Below, in pieces: positions 16,781 to 26,134 of a DNA stretch of 45,134 nt. The position numbers and the translations under genes are program-made. The notes beneath the pieces were generated by a model that saw nothing but the letters and a program-made list of their open reading frames with translations, did not search any database and was not told the origin of the DNA. The first letter of the stretch is position 1, and the number at the start of each line of letters is the position of its first letter. Source of the DNA: Anaerolineae bacterium (lineage in GTDB: Bacteria > Chloroflexota > Anaerolineae > S140-20); contig JALUTT010000067.1 of the NCBI GenBank assembly GCA_027021705.1, positions 1-45,134 of the forward strand, written 5' to 3'.

Positions 16781-19157
16781 CATCACCTACTGGATGCAAG
16801 GTGAGGGGTAGAACGTCATCCATATGGCTGACGAAGTGGAAGCGCAACGCTTCCCGCGCTGAGGCCGGAACGTCCCGCAGGTCCCGCTCGTTCTCCTCCG
16901 GCAGCACTACGGTGTGGACGCCGGCCCGCTGTGCAGCCAGCACCTTCTCCTTGATCCCTCCCACCGGCAGGATTCGCCCTCGCAAGGTGATCTCCCCGGT
17001 CATCGCCACCCGTTTGCGGACAGGCCGTTTCGTCAGCGCTGAGATGAGGGCGGTGGCGATGGTGACCCCCGCCGAGGGGCCGTCCTTGGGGATGGCCCCG
17101 GCCGGCACGTGGATGTGCACGTCGTACTTCTCGTAGAAGTCCTCGGCGACCCCCAGCTCCGCCGCCCGGGAGCGGGCGTAGGTCAGGGCCGCTTTGGCCG
17201 ACTCCTGCATCACCTCGCCCAGGTGACCCGTCAAGATCAGGTGTCCCTTGCCGGGCACCAGGGCCGCTTCGACGAAGAGCACTTCGCCGCCGGTGGGGGT
17301 CCAAGCCAGCCCCGTCGCCACACCGACCTCGTCCTCCCCCAGAGGGGCCTCGGGCCGGTAGCGAGGGGGTTCCAGCAGTTCGTCTAGGTCTTCGGCTTTG
17401 ACGACGAAGGGGCCGGATTCCCCTTCGGCCACCCGGCGGGCGATCTTGCGCCCAATGGCCCCGATCCAGCGCTCCAGGTTGCGCACACCGGCCTCCCGGG
17501 TGTACTCGCGGATCAGCCGCCGCAGGGCGCTTTCCTCGATGGTCAACTGCTCGGGTGTCAGGCCGCTCTCCTCAATCTGGCGGGGCACCAGGTAGCGTCG
17601 GGCGATGTGGAGCTTCTCCTCCTCGGTGTAGCCGGGCAGGTCCAGGACCTCCATCCGATCCAGGAGGGCCGGCGGAATGGTATCGGTGACGTTGGCGGTG
17701 CAGATGAAGAGGACCCGGCTCAGGTCGAAGGGCACGTCCAGGTAGTGATCCACGAAGGCGTGGTTCTGCTCGGGGTCTAGCACCTCCAGGAGGGCGGCGG
17801 CCGGGTCTCCCTGGAAGCCGACGCTCAGCTTGTCCACCTCGTCCAGCATGAAGACGGGGTTGTTGGAGCCGGCCCGGCGCAGCCCCTGGATGATGCGGCC
17901 TGGCAACGCACCGATGTAGGTGCGGCGGTGGCCCCGGATCTCGGCTTCGTCGCGGATGCCCCCCAGGGCGACGCGGACGAATTTACGCTCCAGGGCGCGG
18001 GCGATGGATTGGCCCAGGCTGGTCTTGCCCACCCCTGGCGGCCCGATGAAGCAGAGGATCGGCCCTTTGGCCTGGGGGCGCAGCTTGCGCACGGCCAGGT
18101 ACTCCAGGATGCGCTCCTTGACCTTGTCCAGATCGTAGTGGTCCTCGTCCAACACCTGGCGGGCCCGGCCCAGGTCCAGGTTGTCCTCGGTGCTCACGTT
18201 CCAGGGGAGGCTGAGGACCCAGTCCAGGTAGGTACGGGCCACGACGGCCTCGGCGGCGGCCGGCGGCATCCGCGAGAGTCGGTCCAGCTCTCGTTCGGCC
18301 TCCTTCCGCGCTTCCTCCGGCAGGTTGGCCTCTTCCAGCCGCTGGCGGAGTTCGTTGATCTCGGCCTCGCGCTCGTCTACCTCGCCCAATTCCCGCCGGA
18401 TGGCTTCCAACTGCTGGCGCAGGAAGTACTCCCGCTGCGTCTTGGCCATCTCTTGCTGGGCCTTGCGCCCGATCTCCAGGATCTCCTTCTCCCGGCTGAG
18501 GAAAGAGGTGACCTTCTTCAGCCGTTCCACCACGTCCAGGGTGTCGAGGATCTCCTGGCGCTCGTCCGGCTTCAGGTTCAGGTTGGCGGCGATGAAGTCG
18601 GCCAGGGTGCCGGGCTCCGGGACGTTGGCGGCGGCCAGGGCCAGCTCGTTGGGCAGGTAGGGGGCCAGGTTGACCACCTCTTGGAAGAGGCCCAAGGCGG
18701 AACGGGCCAACCCCTCCAGTTCGATGCTGGGCTCCACCTGATCGTAGAAGATCGCCACCTCGGCCAGGGGGTAGGGCTCGACGTGGATTAGCCGCTTAAT
18801 CTGGACGCGGGCCAGCCCCTGGAGCAGAAGCTGCAGGTTGCCGTCGGGCAAGCGGGCCATACGAAGCACCTGGGCGGCAGTGCCGGTCTTGCCCAGGGCC
18901 TCCAGGTCGAACTCCTCATCCCCACCCCCCTTGCGGCGGAAGAGGCCGATCACCTTGCGGCCCAGCAGCGCCTCGTCCACCAGCTTCACCCAGCGCTCTC
19001 CCTGGACCAGCAGGGGGAGGACCATAAAAGGGTAGATGACCGCGTCGGCCAGGGGAAGGATGGGCAGGATCTCCGGGACCTCAGGCTTCTCCTGGTCCGC
19101 TTGGCGCTGCTGGGCCAGTTTCTTCTTCACGCTCTCCGGGAGAACGAGGTCGCTCAC
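16767..19157 (-). CDS. lon: ATP-dependent Lon protease
   Basis: [27 protein letters not shown] (catalytic Ser) and GGIKEK motifs. Confidence 0.97.
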   Translation of the reverse strand: MSDLVLPESVKKKLAQQRQADQEKPEVPEILPILPLADAVIYPFMVLPLLVQGERWVKLVDEALLGRKVIGLFRRKGGGDEEFDLEALGKTGTAAQVLRMARLPDGNLQLLLQGLARVQIKRLIHVEPYPLAEVAIFYDQVEPSIELEGLARSALGLFQEVVNLAPYLPNELALAAANVPEPGTLADFIAANLNLKPDERQEILDTLDVVERLKKVTSFLSREKEILEIGRKAQQEMAKTQREYFLRQQLEAIRRELGEVDEREAEINELRQRLEEANLPEEARKEAERELDRLSRMPPAAAEAVVARTYLDWVLSLPWNVSTEDNLDLGRARQVLDEDHYDLDKVKERILEYLAVRKLRPQAKGPILCFIGPPGVGKTSLGQSIARALERKFVRVALGGIRDEAEIRGHRRTYIGALPGRIIQGLRRAGSNNPVFMLDEVDKLSVGFQGDPAAALLEVLDPEQNHAFVDHYLDVPFDLSRVLFICTANVTDTIPPALLDRMEVLDLPGYTEEEKLHIARRYLVPRQIEESGLTPEQLTIEESALRRLIREYTREAGVRNLERWIGAIGRKIARRVAEGESGPFVVKAEDLDELLEPPRYRPEAPLGEDEVGVATGLAWTPTGGEVLFVEAALVPGKGHLILTGHLGEVMQESAKAALTYARSRAAELGVAEDFYEKYDVHIHVPAGAIPKDGPSAGVTIATALISALTKRPVRKRVAMTGEITLRGRILPVGGIKEKVLAAQRAGVHTVVLPEENERDLRDVPASAREALRFHFVSHMDDVLPLTLHPVGDATKR

Positions 19158-19621
19158 GCGGAGCTCCTTTCTTCCGGCGGGATGCGGATGGTGATGGACT
19201 GCCTCGATGGGGCTGCCCGCTTGGGCAGCCGGACTTCCAGGAAGCCGTTGGCGTAGCTGGCCTCGGTCTGCTCCGGGTCTACCTCGCCGGGCAGCGGGAT
19301 CTCAAGGGCGAAGGGGCCGGACTGGATCTCCATCCGGTGGATGGTCTGGGTCTCTTCTGACAGGGCCTCGCGCCGTCGCCCCCAGATGAGGAGCCGGCCC
19401 GGCTCGAAGCGGACGGTGACCGCGTCGGGGTCTACGCCGGCCAGCTCGACGACGACGACGATGGCGTCCCGGGTTTCGTAGACATTGACGGCCGGGCGCC
19501 AGCGGGCCAGGGCAAAGGAGGGCGCGGGCGGACGGGCACCGACGATGTGGTCCATAAAGCGATCCATCGCCCGCGTCCATTCATCCATTTGGCGGAAGAG
19601 TTCGTCCCAATCCTGGCTCAT
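19154..19621 (-). CDS. Hsp20/alpha-crystallin small heat shock protein
   Basis: [10 protein letters not shown]...ELAGV...[14 protein letters not shown]; overlaps the lon start. Confidence 0.9.
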   Translation of the reverse strand: MSQDWDELFRQMDEWTRAMDRFMDHIVGARPPAPSFALARWRPAVNVYETRDAIVVVVELAGVDPDAVTVRFEPGRLLIWGRRREALSEETQTIHRMEIQSGPFALEIPLPGEVDPEQTEASYANGFLEVRLPKRAAPSRQSITIRIPPEERSSA

Positions 19622-19623
19622 GG

Positions 19624-19671
19624 TAGCGAATAGCGATCAGCGATTGACGGCTAGCGGTTGGCGGCTAGCGG
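19624..19671. repeat. Degenerate heptamer array (TAGCGRY-like)
   Basis: tagcgaa tagcgat cagcgat tgacggc tagcggt tggcggc tagcgg; forms the tail of the methyltransferase gene. Confidence 0.7.
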
Positions 19672-20236
19672 GCCAGCAGGCCGGGCAACGGTGGACCTGA
19701 TGGACGGTGGCCTCCAGGGCCGGCGTGAGCGCTTCGGGGGGGCCGGGCACGAAGCCGATGGCCCCACAGCGACAGGCATACCAGCCCATACCCACCTGTT
19801 CCCAGGGGAGGGCGGGAGCCGTCAGGTCCACCACCTCCACACCCATCCCCCAGCGGGCATTGGTCACCAGCCGTCGGCAGCCCGCGGCGCTCAGCTTGTC
19901 GGCGTAGAGGGCGAAGTGCCGGCAGTGGCGCATCAGGAGCACGCCCAGGGAGATGCCGGCGGGGAAAGGTAGCCGGCGGGCATCGCCGACGATGATGGTT
20001 AGGTTGTTGGGCAACGGGCCAGCCCGCCGGCCTCGTTCTACCAGATCGGGTTGAATCTCGATCGCATAGACATGCCGGGCTGTCCGGGCCAGCCGACGGG
20101 CCAGCCGCAGATCACCGGCCCCGATTTCCAGCACCACATCCTGGGGATGGACCCAGGTCAGCACTTCCCTGTACGTGCTCTCGTCGTAGGGAGCCCAGAG
20201 GCGCTCCCAGTCAATTCCCGCTTGACCCACCGTCAT
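19637..20236 (-). CDS. Class I SAM-dependent methyltransferase with Cys-rich C-terminus
   Basis: VLEIGAG, AIE and GDARRLPF motifs; C-terminal CRCG...CPAC. Start 20236 chosen from an ATGA overlap (alternative 20242). Confidence 0.75.
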   Translation of the reverse strand: MTVGQAGIDWERLWAPYDESTYREVLTWVHPQDVVLEIGAGDLRLARRLARTARHVYAIEIQPDLVERGRRAGPLPNNLTIIVGDARRLPFPAGISLGVLLMRHCRHFALYADKLSAAGCRRLVTNARWGMGVEVVDLTAPALPWEQVGMGWYACRCGAIGFVPGPPEALTPALEATVHQVHRCPACWPASRQPLAVNR

Positions 20237-20376
20237 CGGCATCGGTCACCAGCCGAACTTGAACCTTCCCACACCTCCGGCTGGTCAACCAACCGCTCCT
20301 GGAAGAAGGCGATGGTTCCCTCCAACTGTTCCCAAGTTAGGGGTTGGTAGCCACTGCGCTGGGGAGGACCATTCAT
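20233..20376 (-). CDS. Small hypothetical protein (47 aa), coupled at both ends
   Basis: MNGPPQRSGYQPLTWEQLEGTIAFFQERLVDQPEVWEGSSSAGDRCR*; ATGA overlaps with both neighbours. Confidence 0.55.
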   Translation of the reverse strand: MNGPPQRSGYQPLTWEQLEGTIAFFQERLVDQPEVWEGSSSAGDRCR

Positions 20377-20717
20377 CGGTTTAGCTCACTTCTCCGAATC
20401 CACAGCGTGAAGCGGAGGGTCAGGAAGAAGACCACCCAGATGCTGAGGCCGGCGATCAATCCCCATCGCACGGCCTCCTTGAGCCCACCGACGGGGAAGA
20501 CCTGCCAGCCGACGAAGAGGGCCAGGGCCAGGCTGACCAGGCCATTGAGGAGGAGCCCCGTGCGCCAGCTCATCCAGGCGTCTTCGGTCAGCTTGCGCCT
20601 TGGAGCCTTCTTCGAAGGGGGCTGGCCTTCATCGTTAACGGCCTCTGGGGATAGGCTGGCTTGCTCCTGGATCCGTTTCAGCCGCTTCTTCCGCCGTTGT
20701 TGGGCTCGCTTGGACAA
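20373..20717 (-). CDS. Hypothetical membrane protein (basic N-terminus, 2 TM helices)
   Basis: GGGAGGGGAG SD and TTG at 20717; MSKRAQQRRKKR followed by two hydrophobic segments. Confidence 0.7.
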   Translation of the reverse strand: MSKRAQQRRKKRLKRIQEQASLSPEAVNDEGQPPSKKAPRRKLTEDAWMSWRTGLLLNGLVSLALALFVGWQVFPVGGLKEAVRWGLIAGLSIWVVFFLTLRFTLWIRRSELNR

Positions 20718-20757
20718 TCTCCCCTCCCTTGGGCAGGATAACACCGGGCCTAATGGG

Positions 20758-21588
20758 CTAGATGCGTGCGGCCTTGAAGGTCTCCACCTGCTGGCGGATG
20801 GCGACCTCGGTGGGGAGCCGCTCGATGCTGGACGCGCCGAAGAAGCCGACGACCCCTTCAGTGTGATCGTAGATGTACTGGGCATCTTCCGGCATAGCGA
20901 TGGGGCCGCCGTGGCAGAGCACGAGGATGTCGGGGTTGACCGCTTTGGCGGCATCGTGCATCGCCTGCACCCGCTTGGCCGCTTCCTCCAGCGTCAAGGC
21001 CGTCTTGGCTCCGATGGCTCCCTTGGTCGTCAGTCCCATGTGGGGGACCAGGACATCGGCGCCGGCCTCGGCCATCTTGACGGCCTGCTCCTCGTCGAAG
21101 ACGTAGGGGCAGGTGAGCATATCCATCTCGTGGGCCAGGCGGATCATCTCCACTTCCAGGTCGTAGCCCATCCCGGTCTCTTCCAGGTTCTGGCGGAAGA
21201 CGCCGTCAATGAGGCCGACGGTGGGGAAGTTCTGTACACCGGTGAAGCCCATCTCCTTCAGTTGCTTGAGGAAGACGGGCATCAGCCGGAAGGGATCGGT
21301 GCCACAGACACCGGCCAGGACGGGGGTGTCCTGGACGACGGGGAGCACCTCGGCGGCCATCTCGACGACGATAGCGTTGGCGTCTCCGTAGGGCAACAGG
21401 CCGGCCAGGGAACCCCGCCCCGCCATACGGTAGCGCCCGGAGTTGTAGATGATGATGAGATCGGCGCCTCCACGTTCAGCGAACTTGGCGGAGATGCCGG
21501 TGCCAGCACCGCAGCCGATGATGGGTTTGCCCTCGGCCACCGTCTTGCGTAGACGGGCCAGCGCTTCCTCGCGGGTGATGAAAGCCAT
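20758..21588 (-). CDS. TIM-barrel signal transduction / PEP-hydrolase-like family protein
   Basis: [47 protein letters not shown] and GASSIERLP motifs. Confidence 0.9.
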   Translation of the reverse strand: MAFITREEALARLRKTVAEGKPIIGCGAGTGISAKFAERGGADLIIIYNSGRYRMAGRGSLAGLLPYGDANAIVVEMAAEVLPVVQDTPVLAGVCGTDPFRLMPVFLKQLKEMGFTGVQNFPTVGLIDGVFRQNLEETGMGYDLEVEMIRLAHEMDMLTCPYVFDEEQAVKMAEAGADVLVPHMGLTTKGAIGAKTALTLEEAAKRVQAMHDAAKAVNPDILVLCHGGPIAMPEDAQYIYDHTEGVVGFFGASSIERLPTEVAIRQQVETFKAARI

Positions 21589-21634
21589 TGTGTGCCTCCT
21601 CTCTCGGACACAAGGGCCTCGGTCATCCTCAGAT

Positions 21635-22846
21635 TCAGGCCGAGCCCAGGAACTCCAGCAGCTTGTTGGCCACGGCTTCGGCGAATTCGGGATCGTTGAT
21701 GTTGTGGTCCAGTTCGTAAACCGGGATGTCGGAACGCAGGTTGGCTTTCAAGGCGTCACGGAAGGCCCGGTCCGCCTCCGGATCCCAGAAGGGCTCCCCT
21801 TCGCTGTCGAGCATGGAGACGCCCCGCATGGGTATGAAGACGGCGACCGGGCCCGTTGCCTGGTTCAGCTTCTCGGCGAAGATCTCGCCCATCCGTCGGT
21901 TCTCTTCGACGTTGGTGCGCAGCAGCGTGACGTTAGGGTTCCATTCGTAGAGGTTGCGGTCCTGATACCGCTCGGGCACCGTGGCGCGGGCCCAGAAGTT
22001 GGCCATATCAATGCAGCCGGGAACGACGACCTGGGGAGTGCCGGTCTTGGCAGCCGCCTCCAGGCGGGTGGGACCGGCGCTGAGAACACCCCCGCAGACC
22101 TCGTCGGCCCACTCGGTGGTGGTGATGTCCAGGACGCCGGCGATGTAGCCATCCTCAATGAGGCTTTCCATCGTGCGCCCCCCGGTGCCAGTAGCGTGGA
22201 AGACGAGGACTTCGTAGCCGTGGGCCTCCATGATCTCCCTCGCCTTGTTGACGCAGGGGGTCGTGTTGCCGAACATCGTTGCGGCGATGAGGGGTTTCTC
22301 CTCGGCCGGCGGCGGTTCCGTCTCCACCATCCCGCAAATGGCCCCGGCGGCGTTGGCGTAGATCTGGCGGCTGATCCGGTTAAAGCCGGCCACGTCCACC
22401 ACCGAGGGCATCATCGTGATGTCTCGGGTCCCGACGTAGGCGCTGACATCGCCGGCCGCCACCGTGGAGACCATCAGCTTGGGGACGCCGACGGGCAGGG
22501 TGCGCATCGCCGCCGTCGCCACGGCGGTGCCGCCGCTGCCGCCCATGCTCATAATGCCATCGAAGCGCCCTTCATCGTACAAGCGCCGCACGACGGCAGC
22601 GGCCCCGGCGCTCATCACTCGCATCGCCTCGCCCCGGTCCTCTTTTTCCTGGAGGGCTTCAATGCTGCTCCCTCCGGCCTGGGCGACCTCTTCGCGGCTT
22701 ACGTCGGCTTCAAAAGCCGGTTCACCGATTACGCTGGTGTCAATGACCAGCGCCCGGTGGCCCTGGGCTTCGATCAGTTCCTTGACGAAGCGGAACTCTT
22801 CCCCTTTGGTGTCCAGTGTGCCCAGCAGGGCGATGGTCTTGGACAT
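21635..22846 (-). CDS. Tm-1-like ATP-binding domain protein (UPF0261)
   Basis: [33 protein letters not shown] and HNINDPEFA motifs. Confidence 0.9.
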   Translation of the reverse strand: MSKTIALLGTLDTKGEEFRFVKELIEAQGHRALVIDTSVIGEPAFEADVSREEVAQAGGSSIEALQEKEDRGEAMRVMSAGAAAVVRRLYDEGRFDGIMSMGGSGGTAVATAAMRTLPVGVPKLMVSTVAAGDVSAYVGTRDITMMPSVVDVAGFNRISRQIYANAAGAICGMVETEPPPAEEKPLIAATMFGNTTPCVNKAREIMEAHGYEVLVFHATGTGGRTMESLIEDGYIAGVLDITTTEWADEVCGGVLSAGPTRLEAAAKTGTPQVVVPGCIDMANFWARATVPERYQDRNLYEWNPNVTLLRTNVEENRRMGEIFAEKLNQATGPVAVFIPMRGVSMLDSEGEPFWDPEADRAFRDALKANLRSDIPVYELDHNINDPEFAEAVANKLLEFLGSA

Positions 22847-22922
22847 CGCAATCCCTCCCCCGCTCCCGGCACGCGGGTGCCGGAATCACCGATCAGGTGG
22901 AACGGACCATCAACTCCAGGGT

Positions 22923-23036
22923 GGAGGCAAAAGGTGAGGGCGGTCCGCCGGCTCAGCCATCCCCCTGTCGGAGGGGATGGGCTGGATTGGGTGTCTTTTG
23001 TTTCCTCCTCCCGCTCGACGACCCCGGCGGACCGCC
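22923..23036. other. Intergenic region with several overlapping inverted repeats (possible attenuator or terminator)
   Basis: ccatcccc/ggggatgg hairpin; ggcggtccgccgg/ccggcggaccgcc; ggaggcaaaag/cttttgtttcc. Confidence 0.4.
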
Positions 23037-23109
23037 TCCTCCCGTCCTGAGCCGTTTCAGCCATCCCGTCGCGCCCACCTGGCCCTGGCCTGACCGCCTC
23101 TATCTCTGC

Positions 23110-23472
23110 TTAGGCCCTTCCCTGGATCATGAGGCTCAGCCACACACCGTAGGCCACCGCCACAATGCCCAGCAGCGTCAGGACCAGGTTGACCCGGCGC
23201 TCGGCGGTGGGGCTCAGCCCCAGGTCGAGGAGGACCGACCGTACCCCCAGCCCGGCGTGGAGGGTGACGGTGAGCAGGAAGAGCACCTCCAGCACAAAGA
23301 CCAGTGGGTTGGAAAGGTAGGTGACCACATCCTGGTAGGTGCGCAATCCCCCTTCGACGATGAAGTGGTTGGCCACGATGTGGAGGGCCAGGAGCAGGAC
23401 GAGGAGTAGCCCTGAAAGGGCCTGGAGCAGCCAGAGCCACCCTCCTCGGGTTCCCTGTTGACCGCGTTCCAT
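23110..23472 (-). CDS. Complex II-type hydrophobic membrane anchor (SdhD-like)
   Basis: WLLQALSG...LH...LHAGLGVRSVLLD; 3 TM helices; AGGAGG SD. Confidence 0.88.
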   Translation of the reverse strand: MERGQQGTRGGWLWLLQALSGLLLVLLLALHIVANHFIVEGGLRTYQDVVTYLSNPLVFVLEVLFLLTVTLHAGLGVRSVLLDLGLSPTAERRVNLVLTLLGIVAVAYGVWLSLMIQGRA

Positions 23473-23523
23473 CGGAACTTTCCCTCCTGTCAGACCGATC
23501 TCAGACGCTGAACTCCCCGAGAT

Positions 23524-23594
23524 CCTCCCGCAGGGTCCTCGGCAGCCTTCGATAAGCCATTGCTGTTGTCAGGCACCGCGCGATCTGCGGGAGG
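23524..23594. repeat. CCTCCCGCAG...CTGCGGGAGG hairpin element (REP/MITE-like)
   Basis: Perfect 10-bp terminal IR; interior similar to the copy at 35126-35217. Confidence 0.75.
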
Positions 23595-23604
23595 GCAACA
23601 ACGG

Positions 23605-24015
23605 TCAGGTAGCTGGGCTGCTGAACACCTTCCAAGCGCTAAGGAGCAACAGCACTGCACCGATGGCCATCAGGACCCAGAAGAGGGTCTTGTGGCGCTC
23701 CACACCCAGTCCCATCCCTACCAAAGCCACGCGGATGCCGTTGAGGCCGTGGAAGAGGAGGCCGAAGAAGAGCACCACGTCCAGGAAGAGGAAAGCAGGG
23801 CTCTTCGCCAGAGCGATGAAATCGTTCCAACGGCTCTCCCCCTGGGCCAGCAGGCTGAGCACCAGCAGGTGGATGACCAGGTAGAGGACGAGGCCTAGGC
23901 CGGTGAGCCGGTTGAGGGCGAAGGCCCAGGCCCCCAGTCGGCGGCCCCGTACATCGAGCCAGCTCCAGGCACCCTTTCGACGGATCAGGCCGTAGGTTTG
24001 GCGCTCTTGGACCAT
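23605..24015 (-). CDS. Complex II-type cytochrome b subunit (SdhC-like)
   Basis: NRLTG...IHL...FHGLNGIR; 3 TM helices. Confidence 0.88.
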   Translation of the reverse strand: MVQERQTYGLIRRKGAWSWLDVRGRRLGAWAFALNRLTGLGLVLYLVIHLLVLSLLAQGESRWNDFIALAKSPAFLFLDVVLFFGLLFHGLNGIRVALVGMGLGVERHKTLFWVLMAIGAVLLLLSAWKVFSSPAT

Positions 24016-24028
24016 CCGGGTTCCCCTC

Positions 24029-24748
24029 CTACCTTTTGCCGAAAAGCTGACCGATCTTGCGACGGGTCAGTTCCCGCCGTAGGGCCATGATCGCCCCTGC
24101 CGGGTCCACGTTGGAGGGACAGACCTCGCTGCATTCAAAGGCGGCGTGACAGCGCCAGCAGCCGTGTTCGTGGTCCACCCATGCCAGGACCGTAGCGGGA
24201 TCCCGTCCGCGGGGCTCCTCCACCATCCGCCAGGCGGCGGCCAGGGCAGCCGGTCCCAGGTAAAGGGGGTCACTGCCCGCCACCGGACAGGCGGAGAGGC
24301 AGAGGCCACATTCAATGCAGTTCTCCAGCCGCATATGGTGTTCAACCCCCTCGGGGACCTGGGAGTCGGGCAGGAATTCGCTCTCCCGGATCATAGGCAT
24401 CCCGGCCGGCTGGTAGCGGGCGTAGAAGTCGCCCATATCCACCACCAGGTCGGTGATGAGGGGGGCGTTGTCCAGGGGCTCCACGATCACCTCAGACGTG
24501 CTCAACTCTAGGACGTTGGTCACACAGGCCAGGACTTCCCGGCCGTTGACCTTCATCCCGCAAGTGCCACAGGAAGCGTGGAAACAGGAGTGGCGGAAGG
24601 CCAAGGTCCCATCCTGTTCCTGCCGGATCTGCTCTAGAGCACGAAGAACGGTGGTCCGAGGATCCACCCGGACGGTGTAGGTCTGGTAGGAGGGGCGCTC
24701 TCCCTGTTTGTAGCGAAAGACCTTGAACTGCACGGTTTGTTCGGCCAT
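24029..24748 (-). CDS. Complex II-type iron-sulfur subunit (SdhB/FrdB-like)
   Basis: SCFHASCGTC...LAC (2Fe-2S), CIECGLCLSACP and CHAAFECSEVCP; DLVVD motif. Confidence 0.92.
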   Translation of the reverse strand: MAEQTVQFKVFRYKQGERPSYQTYTVRVDPRTTVLRALEQIRQEQDGTLAFRHSCFHASCGTCGMKVNGREVLACVTNVLELSTSEVIVEPLDNAPLITDLVVDMGDFYARYQPAGMPMIRESEFLPDSQVPEGVEHHMRLENCIECGLCLSACPVAGSDPLYLGPAALAAAWRMVEEPRGRDPATVLAWVDHEHGCWRCHAAFECSEVCPSNVDPAGAIMALRRELTRRKIGQLFGKR

Positions 24749-24763
24749 CGCGTTCCTCGAAGG

Positions 24764-25933
24764 TCAGTCGGGTTGGACGTAGTAGGCGGTGTGGGGCAGG
24801 AGGACGACCTCGCGGGTGCGGCAAGGGGCGTCCACGCCCAGCTTCTGACAGACCACGTTGGCCGTTGTCTCGGCCATCCCTCGGGCTGTCGTAGCCTTGC
24901 CGCCGGTGATGGTGACGAACCCTTCCACGCCTTCGTCGGCGTGGTCAAAACACTTGAAGGTGCGGCTCAATTCGCGCCCGGTGGTGGCCCCCCGCTCGCC
25001 GACCAGGGGGCGGGCCGCCGACCAGGCGGCCCGGAAGGGCGCCTGCTTGACCATCGGGACCATCTCGGCCCCTTTCTCGTACATCAACTGAACGTGGTCC
25101 TCAGGCACTGGTAGATTGTCGGGGTCCTCCACCACCCAGGAGCTGGTGCCCACGACGGAGAGCCCCCGCTGAGGGACGATGATGTCCCCGTCGCCGGAGC
25201 GGTGGAGCCGGTTGATCACCATATTGCACAACCGTCCTCGAAGGGCCAGCAGGACGCCCGGAGAGGGCTGGATGGGGACGTGGACGCCAGCCATCGCGGC
25301 CACCTTCTCCGACCAGGGGCCGGCGGCATTGACGACGATGTCGGCGCCGATCTCGTACTCCTTCTCGGTCCGGTGATCGCGCACTCGGACTCCGGTCACG
25401 GTGTTCCCCTGCTTCAAAATCGCTACCACCTCCGTAAAGGGCTTGACGACTGCGCCGTTGTGTTTGGCGGTGGCCAGGAAGCGGAGGGGGATGCGCATAG
25501 CGTCCATCGTGCCGTCGGGGACCTGGACGGCCAGCTTCAGGTCGGGGCTCAGGTTGGGTTCCAGACGGAGGGCTTCTTCGCGCGTTAGCTCGCGGGTGGG
25601 GATGCCACACTGGGCGCATCCCTCCAGGAAGAGGTCTCGGTAGGCGACATCCTCTTCGGTGATGGCGACGAAGAGGCCGTCATTCAGTTCGAGGGACTCT
25701 GGCGCGATACGCCGCAGGATCATGTTCTCTTCGATGCATTCCCGGGCCGACTCCTGGTCTTTTACAGCGTAGCGGGCTCCGCTGTGGAGCAGGCCGTGGT
25801 GACGTCCGGTCGTTCCCGAGGTCACCTCCCCGCGCTCGACCAGCGTGACCTGGAGCCCCCGCAACGCCAGATCGTGGGCCAAGGCGGCTCCGGTTGCGCC
25901 TCCACCGATGATCAAGACGTGGAATGTTGCCAT
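24764..25933 (-). CDS. glpA: FAD-dependent glycerol-3-phosphate dehydrogenase, GlpA-type, lacking the C-terminal BFD-like Fe-S domain
   Basis: GGGATG, TTGRHHGLLHSGARYAVKDQESARECIEEN and ITGGKATT closely follow GlpA motifs; about 389 aa; directly downstream of glpK. Confidence 0.88.
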   Translation of the reverse strand: MATFHVLIIGGGATGAALAHDLALRGLQVTLVERGEVTSGTTGRHHGLLHSGARYAVKDQESARECIEENMILRRIAPESLELNDGLFVAITEEDVAYRDLFLEGCAQCGIPTRELTREEALRLEPNLSPDLKLAVQVPDGTMDAMRIPLRFLATAKHNGAVVKPFTEVVAILKQGNTVTGVRVRDHRTEKEYEIGADIVVNAAGPWSEKVAAMAGVHVPIQPSPGVLLALRGRLCNMVINRLHRSGDGDIIVPQRGLSVVGTSSWVVEDPDNLPVPEDHVQLMYEKGAEMVPMVKQAPFRAAWSAARPLVGERGATTGRELSRTFKCFDHADEGVEGFVTITGGKATTARGMAETTANVVCQKLGVDAPCRTREVVLLPHTAYYVQPD

Positions 25934-26134
25934 CGTGCCCTCTGGTGCTGTCTGTCTGGTGCCCGGCTGCTCCAAGGGCGCTCATGGACCGGGCACCCCC
26001 ACGGGGGTACGGGCGGGCTGGACACCCGCCCGCACCCTGCGGCGGACTTGGTGCGCCATACAGCGCTGGGAGGGAAGGGATGTGGGGTCGCTTTCCCAGA
26101 CGGTGGTCGCACCAATGTCTCCTTCGAGAGGGGA

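Noticed and set aside
24764..25933. Calling the flavoprotein SdhA, making a normal succinate dehydrogenase operon
   Set aside because: It is too short, lacks the covalent-FAD SHT..A.GG and HPT motifs, and matches GlpA motifs instead.
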